The notes under the pieces are model-generated. The model was not told the DNA's origin and searched no databases. It saw nothing but the letters and a program-made list of their open reading frames with translations. A DNA stretch of 64,000 nucleotides. Origin: Rebecca billardiae RCC1528. Taxonomy: Eukaryota > Protista > Haptophyta. The stretch spans positions 1,488,001-1,552,000 of the forward strand of contig OZ251226.1 of NCBI GenBank assembly GCA_965240325.2. Direction: 5' to 3'. Below, piece after piece: positions 43,570-56,400 of this stretch (within the stretch, counting starts at the first letter, position 1; the number at the start of each line of letters is the position of its first letter). The position numbers and the translations under genes are program-made.

Positions 43570-46081
43570 TCATCGCAGTCGGCTCTGTGGCGGCGGCTGG
43601 GGCACGAAGTTCTGCTCGACGGCGATCCATTGCTTCGGCGTGCGCGGAACTCTCGGCGAGTCCAGGTCGACGCCTTCCAGCGAGCGCAGCCGCTCCGTGG
43701 CGCGCCGTGCGACAGCGATGCGGGTCTCGTGGAGCCGCGATTCGGTGGCACCAAACGACCAGCGCGCACGGTGGCGGTGCTCGAGTTGGTCGGCCTGTTG
43801 CCTGCGTAGGCGGTATGACCCCGTCGCACTCGCCTCAAGAGCGCCCGCTGTGGTGCTCGGCGATGCCGCCGGGCGCCGACCGGGCCCACCATCGTCCGCC
43901 TCGACCACAGCCATGCGCTGGCTCGTGGCAAGAGGCCGCCTTGGCGAGCTGAGCGGCGTCTCGCAGAGGTTGCGCACGGAGCGCGGCGTCTCCGGGCGCG
44001 CGCGGGTCGGCGAGCTCGTTGGCGACGCCCCCATCGTGATTGAATCCGGCGGCACGAGCCGATCGGGTGAGCCGCCGACCGCGTTGCGCCCTGGAATCGC
44101 GATGCGTGCTGAGGGCGGGCTGCCGCCCTCCGGCGTGCGTGCTGTGCGGAACGCCTCTGCGCTGTCATCCACCCCCGCAGGAAGGCGTGGCGGCGGCGGG
44201 GAGCGCGGGCGCTCGAAGCGCATCGGAACCGCGCGAACGTGCGCAGTCGGGCTGGGCGCCCCTTGGCTCGCAGAGGCGAGTGCGGGCTGTGCGCGCCGCT
44301 CGCCGGCTGCTGCCGCGCGCGACGCTTGGAGCTGGTTCGCCTCGCGCATGCGCATGCTGGACTGGCGGAGCGCGTCCTCCATGTCGGCGCACATGGCCTC
44401 GCGCAGCAGGCTCCCGTCGGCGACCGCGTCAGCAGCCTCGTCGTCAGCAGGCGTCTCGGCATGGCGCGGCGAGTTCGCATCATCATCGCGCCGGTTGCCC
44501 TCCGCTGAGCGCGGCGCTGCTTTGCCAAAGCCGGCCGAGCGGCGCTGGGCGCGGCCCGAGGCCGGGCGCGCGCTGGTTGGCGGCCAAGAGATGGAAGGAC
44601 TGACTTCGGGCTCGTCAGCACCCGGGACGATCGGTATCGGCACGAGGGGCTTGCCAGCAAGCGCGGCTTGCTTGGCAGGCGACGCGCGAACGCCCAGCAT
44701 GTCCTGGCAGCGCGCCGCAGGAGGTGGGGGCATCGCGGCGCGCAGCAGCCGGGCGGTCAGGCCCAAACGCGGTCGCGAGGGCGACGCGGGGCAGGAGAGG
44801 GCCCGCCGAGCTATGCTACGTCGCATTGCGCGCACCAGCCCTGATTCTGGCTCCTCGGGGATGGGTGCGAAGTGGTCCGCAGAGCCGCTCTGATGCCACA
44901 GCGCCTCAAACTTGCGCAGCAGGCCCTTCCACCCAGCGCTCAGCAGCTGCTCGTGCTCGAGGCCCACGCGGTACCGCGCGCGAAAGCGAGAGAGGACAGA
45001 CTCGAGCTCGCGCTCTCGCGTGTGCAGCAAGATCAGCATGAACAAGCCTGCGCACCGGGGGTTGAGGGACGCGTGCCGAGACCAGCGCGCGCTCAGCCGG
45101 GTGGGGTGCCCGCGCGATGGCTTGCGCGCGCGCACGGGCGCATGGCGGCAGCCGCGCAACGCGTGTGTTCCGCAGACGGCGCCAGGCAGTGAGTGGGCCG
45201 CCGCCAGCGCGCGCCGGGTGGAGTGTGCGCCGATGCGGGCTCGTACCATGCAACGGGCGCGGCCACGGCGACGCACGCACGCTCGGGTGCGCGCGCATGT
45301 CCCAAAGGTGCGCAGCCAGCCGCACGATTGCCACCTGGAACGCGGGGAAGGAGAGCACCGGCTGCTCGCTGCCGCTGTCGAGCGAGGGGTCATACATGCC
45401 CTCGAGCGAGTCGACAAAGATTGACGCCAGATTGTGGTGCCCCATGTGAGTGACGAGGCCGGCGTCGGCGCAGAAGGCGAGGAAGCACTCGAGGGGCATG
45501 CCCTCGTCGCCGTCGATGCCCGTCGAGGCCGCCCACGGCGTCGGTGCCGCGCTGATCTGCGCGGACTGTGCGGGGGACCCGACTCGGCCACGCGGAGGAA
45601 ACGAAAGGCCGGGGCGCACCGCATAGCCGAGCCAGACTTGGCGCAGCGGCAGGACGATGCTCTCCAGCGTCGCAGCGCACGCGCGCATGGACGCCTCGAC
45701 CGCGAATGGCGGAGCACCTCGCGCGCCGACGCGCGTCGCCACGTCGTGCTCGAGCAGCTCCGCAAAGGCGGCCTTGGGCCCAAGGTCGGGGTACAGCCGT
45801 CTTGCAAGGAGCGCAAGCGCCTCCGCGAACGACCCGAAGTCCATGCGCGCCTCGTTGCGCGTGGCGGCGTGGAACAGCACGTCGGCTGCCACCGCGCCGC
45901 CGGGGAGCTGCTGTGCGACCTGCAAGTCGCGCATGAGGAGCCGAAACGTGGGCAGCGTGAGCGAAGACATGTTGCGATCATCGTTCCGGCTGGCGTAGTG
46001 CAAGTAGACGCGACGCAGCCACAGCCTCGTCGGCTCCTCAGTCGCCGCCGAGCCCTCGGAGGCGTCGTCGTCCTCCTCCAT
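43570..46081 (-). CDS. Hypothetical protein with N-terminal p25-alpha/EF-hand-like helical region and long disordered tail; join(46081..45247, 45047..43570), ~770 aa
   Basis: LRRVYLHYASR...MSSLTLPTFRLLMRDLQV...ADVLFHAA...RMDFGSFAEALALLARRLYP resembles TPPP/p25-like folds. A phase-1 GT-AG intron (45048-45246) joins ORFs 44906..46231 and 43570..46134. Confidence 0.6.
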
Positions 46082-47433
46082 GTCGAGAAAAGGAAGCACG
46101 GACGGCCGTTTCGGCTCTCGATGCTGTTTCGCACGTGGTGTGGGCAAGGCCCTTGATGAGCCGTCCGTGGGCAGCCTGACTAAGCCGGCCTGTGGCAGGC
46201 AGCATGGCGGCGCAGGGGTGCCGCCGCGCAAAGCATGCGTCGCAGCAGTGGCCGCGCAGTGCCATACATGCGTCCTGGTGTGCGTCGCACGGCCGCATGT
46301 ACGTCATGCGCGGGCGGACATGTGGGTCAGCGGGCCTCTTGGGATCCAGGGGCAAGCAAGGGCTGGGGCAAGGGCTGGGTGTGTAGTCACGTATTTGCGC
46401 GGACAGCATTCGAGCGCCTGCTGCCCGGCGACAGCGATGGAAACTGACGATGTGACGAGGCGCGACTGCTGCAACCCCTCGACTCGAAGAGGCCCGCAGA
46501 TCCACTTCTCAGCCCACGCGCGCCCACAGCATCTAAACGAAGCGACGAAGTCGGATGATGCCAACGCTGGCTGGCGACCGCACCCAAACCCAGGGCATGA
46601 CCCCACCCTACCAAACTCAGCAGGGTGGGAGCCTGGTCGCGATGAGAACTTCTGAACTTTCCCAGCGAGGGAGGGGCCGCCATAGCGCCGCAGCGGCTCC
46701 TGGCCGCGCTGCGCTCAGCCTCTGCGCCACGGCCGCGCGTGCACGGACGACCCTGAACCCGATGGCGCGATCGAACCGACTTTCAACTTAGCCGCTGGAT
46801 AGATGCCCGCTGAAGCCACAGCCAACCGGAACAACTGGTATCAGCTGACAGTCATCCTTGACAACCGGAGCGCACATCAGGATCACTGGCCCTGGCCGAC
46901 CGCAAGGAGCGCAGCCACACGACGCCGCACAGGTACCACTCACCACGGATCATCCGCTGACTGCTATACCACTGACTGTACAAAGAGGCAGCATCAGCGG
47001 CAGCAGCATCAGATGCCTCAGCCTCAGCACGCGCGCCCGGGGGCACGCGCCCCCGGGGGCGCTTCAGCACACGACTACCATACTACGACTTGCTATTATT
47101 CTTCATCGAAAGTTCGAGCAGACGACGGCTGACGATGCGTGGCATCGCGATCACAGCCATGGCGCGCACGCGTCGAAGCCAGACGGTGCTGTGCGTCTTC
47201 TGTCGTCTGGCTTCCGACGAGACTCGGCCGAGTCGGCGATGATGGAGTTATGGGTACGCGGGAGCGCGGTGATCCTGGTGGTGTTCGTCTGCGTTCGTCC
47301 ACGCTGCTGCTGACCGACCGATCCGCTGCACGGCTCTGATGATCCACTGACGCTGGCCCGTTGATGCATGCCACTGCGATGCTATGATACAAAAAATACG
47401 ACATCTGCTCATCATCATCGATCATCATCATCA

Positions 47434-50400
47434 TCAGTCTGCTGCCAGCATCGACCCGGCTGCGGGGCCACCAATGTTGGCAGCGGTGGATCGCAACACA
47501 CGGCGTGGTGGATCTGGGGGCGTGGGCCGGGGGGGAGGCACGACGGCCCCAGAATGGCGGAGGGATAGCATGCCGAGGAGATGCCGCACCAGAGCGCCCA
47601 CGGCGAGCTTGTAGATGAGCTCGCTCGAGAGTCCGTGGCTCACGTGCTCGATGATGCGACCCACGAGCGCATCTGGCAGCATGCTCGCGCTGGACACCCG
47701 AAGCGCAGGCAGACGCAGCGGGGCGCGCTGCTGCCCGACGCCTGCAGAGCCGATCGCAGCCAGGACCCTCCGGCGTAGCTCGGTCTCGCCGTCCTCGCCC
47801 AGATTGAGTTCGACGGTCAGGTTGACTCGCAGCGGGTGCACAACCAGCTGGTGGATGTAAAGTGCACCGTCGAAGACGCCGGCACGGTGAAGCCGCTCGA
47901 GCTCGTGGATGATGGTCGGGAAGTTTGTGTCGGAGGGCGTGGCAGCCCGCATAGGCTGGTGCTCGCCGTACTGGTGGGGCGTGCTCCCATCGTGAAGCCC
48001 ACCAGTGGCGTGATCAGAGGTGTCGCCCATTCCGGCAGCGGTGACGAGGGTCCAGAGCGCCGAGAGCAGCTTCATCTCCACGCATAACTCGAGCTGCTGC
48101 ACTCGCACCGATGCTTCCTCCAGCACGAGCGGCGGTGATGGTCCGGGGGCCATAGCAGCTGTCACAGCTGGGCGCACCATGCTCGCGCGCACATGTGCGA
48201 GAGGGTCCGGCCCCGCGTGCGACCTTCTCAAGAGCACCGGATACTTGCAAGGCACCAGCTCGTTGTCAACTTGCACGTACCGCAGCGTGAGATCAATGTC
48301 TTCCACGCCGCCGGCGCGGCCGCTCCAACTGAAGGTGACGCCGCCCACCACAGCGAGCAGCAGTTCCGTGGACTTGCCCCGCGAGCTCATCACGGAAGCC
48401 GATGAATCAGGGCGCAGGGTGGGTGCTGTCGCCCTCCGTCCGAGCGCCTCCAAGTCAGGCGCTGAGGAGGATGTTGCCAAAGCGCTGTCGGCCCACTGGC
48501 CCGGGGCGATTGTCGTCACCAGGGTGACAGCCACTTGCCGGATGGAGACCAGGATCTCCCACTCGACCTCTGTCACGCTGGTGGACGCCCCTTCGCCGGC
48601 ACCGGGACCGCGGGTTGGCAACACGAGCAGATTGCGAATGCTGCCACGATCCCAGCGCAGCTGACGACTGAGGGCTCCCGCTGAAGCGGCACCGAGAAGC
48701 TGGCGCGACTGCTGCAAGCCCGTGGACGGGAGCGACGGCGAAAGCTCCAAGCACCGCACGATGCCCACGTATCTCATCTTGGCTTGCAGCGTGGTCGTGT
48801 GAGACAGCGAAATGGGATGCGCGATGGAGCCCGGGTTGTCGAGTGCATATGTCGCGACCGCGCTTGCCGAAGGCTTGCCCGACGGCAGGAACCACACCGC
48901 GAGCGAGCGAGCACTCGCTGGCGATGGCTCACTGATGTTCTCCGGTCCCAGCCCCTCGATGTCGCCGTACGGCAGCCCGGTCACCTCAAGCAAGCGAGGC
49001 CTAGCCAGCGGCTCGTCCCACGCATAGGCCATCGTGCTGTGGGCAGCAAGAGTCTCCCACTGCGGTGAGGGACTCAGCGGCGAGGGACGCTGTCTGAAGC
49101 GCAGCGAGTACGCGCTTCGATTGCTGAGCTGGAAGGGCGCAGAGCTGGCTTGCTGCTCGCTCAGGACGATCGCGGCTGTTGCAAATGCCTCCAGGGCATG
49201 AACAGACAAAGAAAGGAGGTGAGCACGCCCGGAGACGGCATCGCCCCGCGAGCGCAGGCGCAGGGTGTGCCGCTGTGCTTGGGACGGAGCTGCCCAGCGG
49301 CTGACACGAAACACGCCCGAGGTGGCACACGCGTTGCTGCCGTCGAGCGCCTCGAGGCGAAAGCTGTGCTCCTGTGGCGAATCGCTCTCGAGGCGCGCGT
49401 GGCCTGCGGGCGAAACCCAGAGAGCGGCATCGCCCTCGTGTGTGTCCGCGGGCGGAAGCAGCGAGCACGAAGCCCTGGCGACCGCAGGTTCCTGGGCCTG
49501 CAGCAGAGTGCCCGTAGCGCGCGAGCATCGGTGAAGTCGCAGCGGCATCCGCGTGCAGTTCAAGAAGATGACACTTGGTGCAATCAACAGGACGAGATCG
49601 CCATCAGAAGCGTCCTTGTCCAGAGCCGCGATGGACATGCGGACGTCGTGCCTCACGCCATCATCCGCCTCGAGCGTAATTCCAGCACGAGCGCCCGCCT
49701 CGGCAGCAATGGAGAGCTTGCTCCACGCGCACTGGCCGCGCAAGCGCCAATGTAGCTGCAGACGATCGTGCTCGATCACTCCACGCAAGGGGCGCATATT
49801 CCGGCCGTGATGCTCGCCGAGCTCCGCCCACTCCTTGCGCAAGCTTGGCGTGCCTGCGCGCAGCAGCTCGATCAAGCCCGGCCAAGGATCGGGCCTCGCC
49901 GCCGCCAGTCCGCCGAGTGCACTCACGGCAACGGGTCGCCCGTCCAGCTCGGCCGCGTACTCGAGCGTGAGGCCGCTTTGATTGAAGACGCAGATGTCGC
50001 AGGACACGCGCACAACCAACGTCTGCGAGCTCGAGGCTGGCTGGGCGTGGCCGGCCGTCTCACCCACGCGAGGAGGAGGGGCGCTGGACCGACGTGCCGT
50101 GATGATCGCCGCGAGTGGCGGCAAGCGGTCGTCAGCTGGCGCCAGGCGCTCTCTGATCGCAGTGCACGCGCCCTCGCTCACGTCCAGCGGCGACTGCGGC
50201 GTGCCAGAGGCGAACAAAGAGAAGGAGGACGTGCCATCTGATCGCGTCACGCTCTCTTTCGGCCCGTCGACCGGCGCCACGCGCTCGAGAGGTTCGGCAC
50301 GGTCGACGGAGAGCAGCACGGTCGCTTCGCTGGTCTCTGACTCAGCGTCGTCGTGAACCGCGATGGACAGCTTCGTGCGGGGGTGCAATGCCCGTTTGTC

Positions 50401-53400
50401 ATGGAAGCCGCGCGACTCCCCGGCGCCGAGCCAGCATGCCAAGGCCTCGTCGCCATCCGAGAATCGCACCCGCATGTCCACCGGCAGCGCGTTGGTGATT
50501 CGCAGAGGTGGCTCTATCCGCATGCTGAAGGCCCGGTGGAACTGATTCGCATGCACGTCGCAGTTGACGTGGAGGTAAAAGGTGCTCGGGCCACACGTGA
50601 AGGCGCTGGCGGCGCCGAGGTGACGGCCCAAGCTTTCCACATCTGTGGGCAAGCGGACGTTGCCGTGAGGCGAGTTGGAAGCGCCCGCGCGGCGCAGAAG
50701 CAGGACGCCGCCGCGCGTCCTGCACACGAGGGGTGGCAGCGACACTGAGCTGTGGGGCGGAAGCACGGAGGCGAACATCGGCGTTGCCGGCGAGCTCCCA
50801 GACAGCGTCATGTCGAATTCAACGTCCGTGCAATTCAGCACGCGCACCATGCTGGACACGTGCACTGCCCGTCCACCGTACTCAGCCGTGCATCGCACGT
50901 ACAGCCAGGCGATCATATCGGAGCGAGGTGCGCCGCCGGACGGATCCATGCGCGGGCGAAGTGGGAGCACCCGCGCGCCAATGGCGAGCGGTACCAGGAG
51001 CTCGTCGAAGCCTGCGAGCTGGACGGTGAAAGAACCGGCACTGGCTTGGTCCGGAGAGACGGTGGGGTCGTCGCGGTCGAGGCAGAGGCTTGATCCCGGC
51101 GGGAGTGCACGCGGCAACGCCGCGTGTGTCCACACCTCCATCGCCACGCCCGTGTGGTTGGTGACGACGGAACCGGAAAGCCTGGCGCCCGAGCCGCGGT
51201 TAGAAGCAGCCTCCGCGAAGGCCATGCGCAGCGAGCCGAGCATCTCGCCAGACACGGACATCGAGAGCGGGGCAGTGGCGGTGATCGCGGTGGTGGCCCC
51301 GCTCAGCTTCAGGTTGATGGGCCAGCCCTCAAAGACGGTGAGAGGTCGCCACTCGACCAACCCGAGGCCATGGTGTCGCGCGTCGGGCGTAGTGCTGCCT
51401 GGCCGGGTTTCCGTCGTCGGCGGTGGCGCGTTTGCAAAGACAGCGAACGCCAGGGAGACCGACATCGAAGCATCAACCCCGTCCAGCGCCGACCAATTGC
51501 GGATGTCCGCGCGAAGTCCCGTCGCGCTCGCCTGCGCCAGCTGGATCGGCGGGGCACGCCCCCTGTCGAGCAAGGTGAACTTCACCACGTCGCACGAAAA
51601 TGACATGCTCTCGGCAGACACGGCGGGTTGGGGTCGACTCGACTCTGGCAGCCAGCTCAGGTCCAGCTCGTTCAGGGCGAGCTGCACTTGGCCGGCGAGC
51701 AACGCGAGCGGCAACGTATCCTGGGGCGCGCAGCGCAAATCGATCTCTCCGCTGTGCAAGCGCAAGTCGATGCGTGCGGCATCTGCCAAGACGAGGTCAT
51801 CCCACTGGCCGCGCAGGACAAGGCAGATGCGGTCGTTGAGGTACGTGGCCGTGCTTTGCTGAGCTGAGGGGGATCCCGTCGCCTCGAACTGGTCGGCGAG
51901 GTCGGCGACAGAGACGCGCTGAACCTGCACCGCAGACTCGAAGGAGTAAAGGCAGTCCCCACCCGAGCTGCTCCGCGCGGTGGCGCGCAGGTTGAGAGCC
52001 AACGCAGCTGTGCACACCTTCGCACTGGTTGCGAGCTCTTCGCCTTCACATGCACCTGCCACCAGGAGCACCTCGCTCGCGTCTATCTCCATGTGCAGCG
52101 CAGTGGCCTCCTCGAATACCTCGCAGGGCGCTCCATCGCCGACAGGGGCCTCGCTCGACGAGGCAGCAGCCGGTGCTGGGGCGGCTCCGGCAGCGTCGGA
52201 GAGCAGCAGTGCGTCGGCCACGAGTCCGCCTAGGCGGTCTACCTGCCGCACCGCAAGCGCGCAATGCACCGTGCCCAGCGTGCAGCTGACGACTGTGCTC
52301 GGCGTGCACCCAGCGATGGTGACGGAGCAATGCACGCGGAGCGCCGCAGAGGAGGTCTGCTGGCCAGGCTCGGCTCGGGGGCGCACGTTGATGGGGTAGC
52401 GGAAGGCCGCACTTGTCGACGGGGAGCCGTCTGCCACGTGCAGCGCAGCGGCGCGCAGGTCGACCGTCATGAGCACCGGCACTCCAGCGTCGGCGTTGGC
52501 GGTGACAGTGGCCAGTGGCTGGGCCAGTGCCACCGAGCGGAGCTCAAGCTCGAGGTCATGCGCGTGCATGCTCAGCCCGATGTCGTCGCGATCTCCTGCC
52601 TCGAGGAAGATGGCTACGCCAGAGCAGTGGAGCGAGCCGGCGACGGCGGCTGGCGTCGCGCTCACAGCGTGCGGGTTGTTCAGCCCGCCCTCTGCCGGCG
52701 CTTGCTCCGAGCTGGTGGCCCCGATGGCCTCGGGGAACCAGGCGCACGCGCGCCATGCCGCTCCAATCGTCTGCTTTGAGGCGTGCACGGCGACGGTCCC
52801 CACGACCGCCTGCACGGCCAAGGTGCCGGCATCGAGCAGTCTGGCCGAGCTGGTGTCAATGTCGCCGAACGCCAGGCGCACCTGCAGCGGGCGCAGCATC
52901 TCTGCCACGCCACTGTCCGCGTGCACTGTCGCGCCCAGGTCCGGTAGGTGCAGCTCGCCGCTCGGCGGGGCGTCGGAGTCAGAAGCGGGCATGGTGAGAT
53001 GCAGCTGGACGCGCGAGGAGAGTGTCACGGAGCACTGGCCGTCCGCGGCCTCGGGGCTGCAGCTGACCGCGGCAGCAGAGTGCCACGTGATGCGCACCGC
53101 GCGGCTGGCGAGTGCGAGCTCGACGGCGGCGCGGGGCGGCATCCCGCTAGAGCCGCTGCTGCCGAGCTGCTGCGGGCTGCTGCCGCTGGGCACGCCGCTG
53201 CCGCGCTCTGCGGGCGCAAGCCGCCTGTCCACGTCGTGCGCATCCGCGCCCGCGCGTGCCGTGCCGTCCAGCTCCTGCGCGGCGTCGAGCGCCTCGCGGT
53301 ACCATTCGCGGCCCGCGCGGAGCGCGTCTGGATGGAGGTCGACGGAGCTCGAGCCCAGCTCGACGCGCGCAGAGCGAATCGCCATCGCACTGTCGACCAC

Positions 53401-56400
53401 GCAGCTGACTCGCGCGCCATCGACGAGGTCGTCGTCGTGCCCAGCTGCAGCCACGCGCGCGAGGCACCAGGCAGGCGCCGCACCCTCCGCCGCGCGCTCG
53501 CCGTCGCCGTCGCCGCTGGCCACGCGCGAGTAGACAGCCGCCTCTCCGAGTGCGGCACTCAGGTGGCCGGTGCCCGCCGCAGCGTCATCCGACGCGTCCG
53601 GCGAGGTGCCCACTGTGACGGCCATGCTTCGCGCGCCAAGGCGGAGCAGAGCGCGCGGGCCTGGCATGGCGTCGTGCCAGAGCTCGACGTCAAGGCTGCT
53701 GACGCTGAGTCCAGCCGCCATGGCCAGCGGCGCGTCCTCACCAGCGTTGGGCCCGGCAGCAGGCGGGGGCGCAGCTCGGTCGCCGCCCGGCTGCGCGCCA
53801 CCCGGCGACAGGCCGCTGGCCCCGGCGCTGAGCGCGCTCGCGGCCTGCGGCTCGGTTGACGCCGATTGGAGCTCGACACTCAGCTGCGTGATCACGTGCA
53901 CAAGTGTGCGCGGCTCGCAGATGACGCGCACGTCGCCCACGCCGAGCTGGGCGTCCAGCGCGCACGCAGAGCCCTTGCAGTGCGCGCCCAGCGCGTGCTC
54001 GAGCGCGCACTGCGGCCCATCCCACGCGGCGCGGCGGCCGGCGGGCGAGGCACCGCGCGGCACGCCAGGAGCAGCGACGGCGTCGCGCCCGCTGAGGAGG
54101 CCTGGCGTCGGCGCGCTGATCACCAGCGCTGTCGGCGGCGGCGGCGGCAGCGCGCGCACGCCGCGCGCTCGCTCGGGAGCGCCGCCCGCCTCGACGTGCA
54201 CGGCGCGCACGCCCAGCCGCGCGCTGGTCTCGCGGTGCCCCTGCGCGACCTCGACCCGGCAGCCGCGTAGCTCCATCGCAGCGAGCGGCCCCGCCGGGAG
54301 CTGGTCGCCCGCCGGTGTGCGCGAGCCCCCGTCGAGCTCAGCGCCGCGCATGCTCACGCTCAGCACACCGATCTGCACGCACGCGTGCATGAGCAGCTGC
54401 GCAGAGCGGCGCGCGTCCGCGTCGAGCTCGGCGGCCGCCGCGGCCGCGCCGCGCGCGCCACCCGGGCCGGCGCACGCGCCCGTCTCCTCCCCGCGCCGGT
54501 ACGACGCCGCGCGCGCGCGGCCGATCGTCTCGCGACGCGGCGTCTCGCCCGCCGCCTCGAGCTGCTGCGCGGGCGCGAGCGGCGCACTGGCCAGGCGCGT
54601 CGAGCGCGCGCGGCGGCCCTGCGGCGGCGCTGGGTGTGCGCTCGGCGCGCTGGGCGGCAGCGCGCCGAGCGAGCCGGGCAGGCCGGAGGACATGCGCCGG
54701 AGCGAGGTCGAGAGGGACGGCGGCGACGCGGAGGACGAGCTGCCGGGTCCAGGCCCCGCGCCCGCGCTGCGCGCCGGCGACGCCGAGTCGGCCGCTGACC
54801 CGTCGAGCGCGGCGGCGAGAGCGGACGCGAGCGCGCACAGGCGCGGCAGCGCGCCGGCCGCGAGCGTCACGTCCACGCGCTGCGCGGCGAGGGCCGCGCG
54901 CGTGCGCGTGAACGTGTCGTCCGCCGTGAGCAGCGAGGTCTCGACGTGCACGTGCGCGTCGAAAGGCTGCACCAGCGTGACGCGCGTGCGCCCGCCGCCC
55001 GCGCCGCCGCGCTCGACGGCCAGCCGGAGCGCGCGCGCGCTCAGCTCCTGGTGCCTGTACAGCTCGGTGAGCAGCCGCGCCAGCTCGGGGTCGGGCGCGC
55101 ACCCCAGCCCCGCGCCGGGCTCGACGGCCGCGCCGGGCGTGGGCGCGAGCTCGTCGAGCTCGGACGGATGGAGCGCGTTCGGCGCCGACGAGAGCTCGAG
55201 CTCGGCCAGCTCGAGCAGCAGCGCATCGCTGCGCTCGTCGCACACGTCCGCGGGCAGCAGCAGCAGCGGCGCGCGCAGCAGCACGCGCACGCTCGCCTCG
55301 TCGCGCAGCTCGGGGCGCAGCAGCAGCTCGAGCTTGGCGCGCATGCGCGCGCGCAGAGACTCGAGCGCGTTGATCGCCCTCACCTCGTCCTCCACGTCCA
55401 CGACCGCGACGCCGTCGACGTGCTCGTCCGGCTGCACGGCCTCGGCCTCGCCGCCGACAAACGCGGACGCCAGCCGCGCCCACAGCCGCGCGTGCACGAC
55501 CACGCACACCGGTGCCAGCTCGAGGTCCGTGTGCGAGCGGAGGCTCGTGCCGCGCGCGGCGTCGCCGCCCACCGCTCGCGCCGAGGGGTCGGTGTCCGAC
55601 CTGCCGCCTCTCCCCGCCGTCGCGTCCGCCGCCGCCGCCGTCGTCGCCGACGTGAGCGCGAGCGCGGGCCGCGCGGCGCGCGGCTCGGCGCCGGGCGGCG
55701 CGCGCGGCTCCACGAGCAGCCGGTGCGGCGTGCGCGCCGAGAGCACGTCGCGCAGCTCGACGTGCGCCGCGTGCGCGCACGCGCCCGAGGTGCCATCCGC
55801 AGAGGATACGGACGCGAGCGCGAGCCCCGACGCCACCAGCTCGGCGAGCGGGATCGCGCTCGGCGCAGCCGGGCGCGCGTGCACGAGCGTGAGCGACACG
55901 CGCGCCACGAGCAGCTCTGCGAGCGTGCGCGTGGGGGGCACGGCGACGCCCGCCGCGAGCGATTGGCTGCCGCCGGCGGACGCGGCCATCGTGTCGCCCA
56001 AGGCGAGCCTGAGCACTCGCCGCTCAGCCTCTGTCACGTCCTCGCCAAGCAGGGCCCCGGCTGCGCCCGGCGGCGGGCCGCCCGCGCGCAGCTGCGAGAA
56101 GCCGCCCGCGCGCTGCGCGCCCTCGGCCGCTCCGTGCAGCTCGCTCCGCGCGTCCTCGAAGTCGTCGCACAGCGCGTCGTCGGAGGACTCGGAATACGTG
56201 CTGCGCGCGTCAGCGAACGGCCAGTAGACCTCGCTGCCATCGTCGCCACCGTCCTCGCCGCCCTCGCCGCCCTCGCCCCGCTCCGCCTCGGGGGCGGCGC
56301 CGAGCAGCGCGTGCGCCACCGCGGCCGCGCGCCCGGGCTGCGCCGCGCCCAGCAGCTCGAGCTGCGCGTCACTGCGCCGCGTGCTCAGCGCCGCGCCGCT

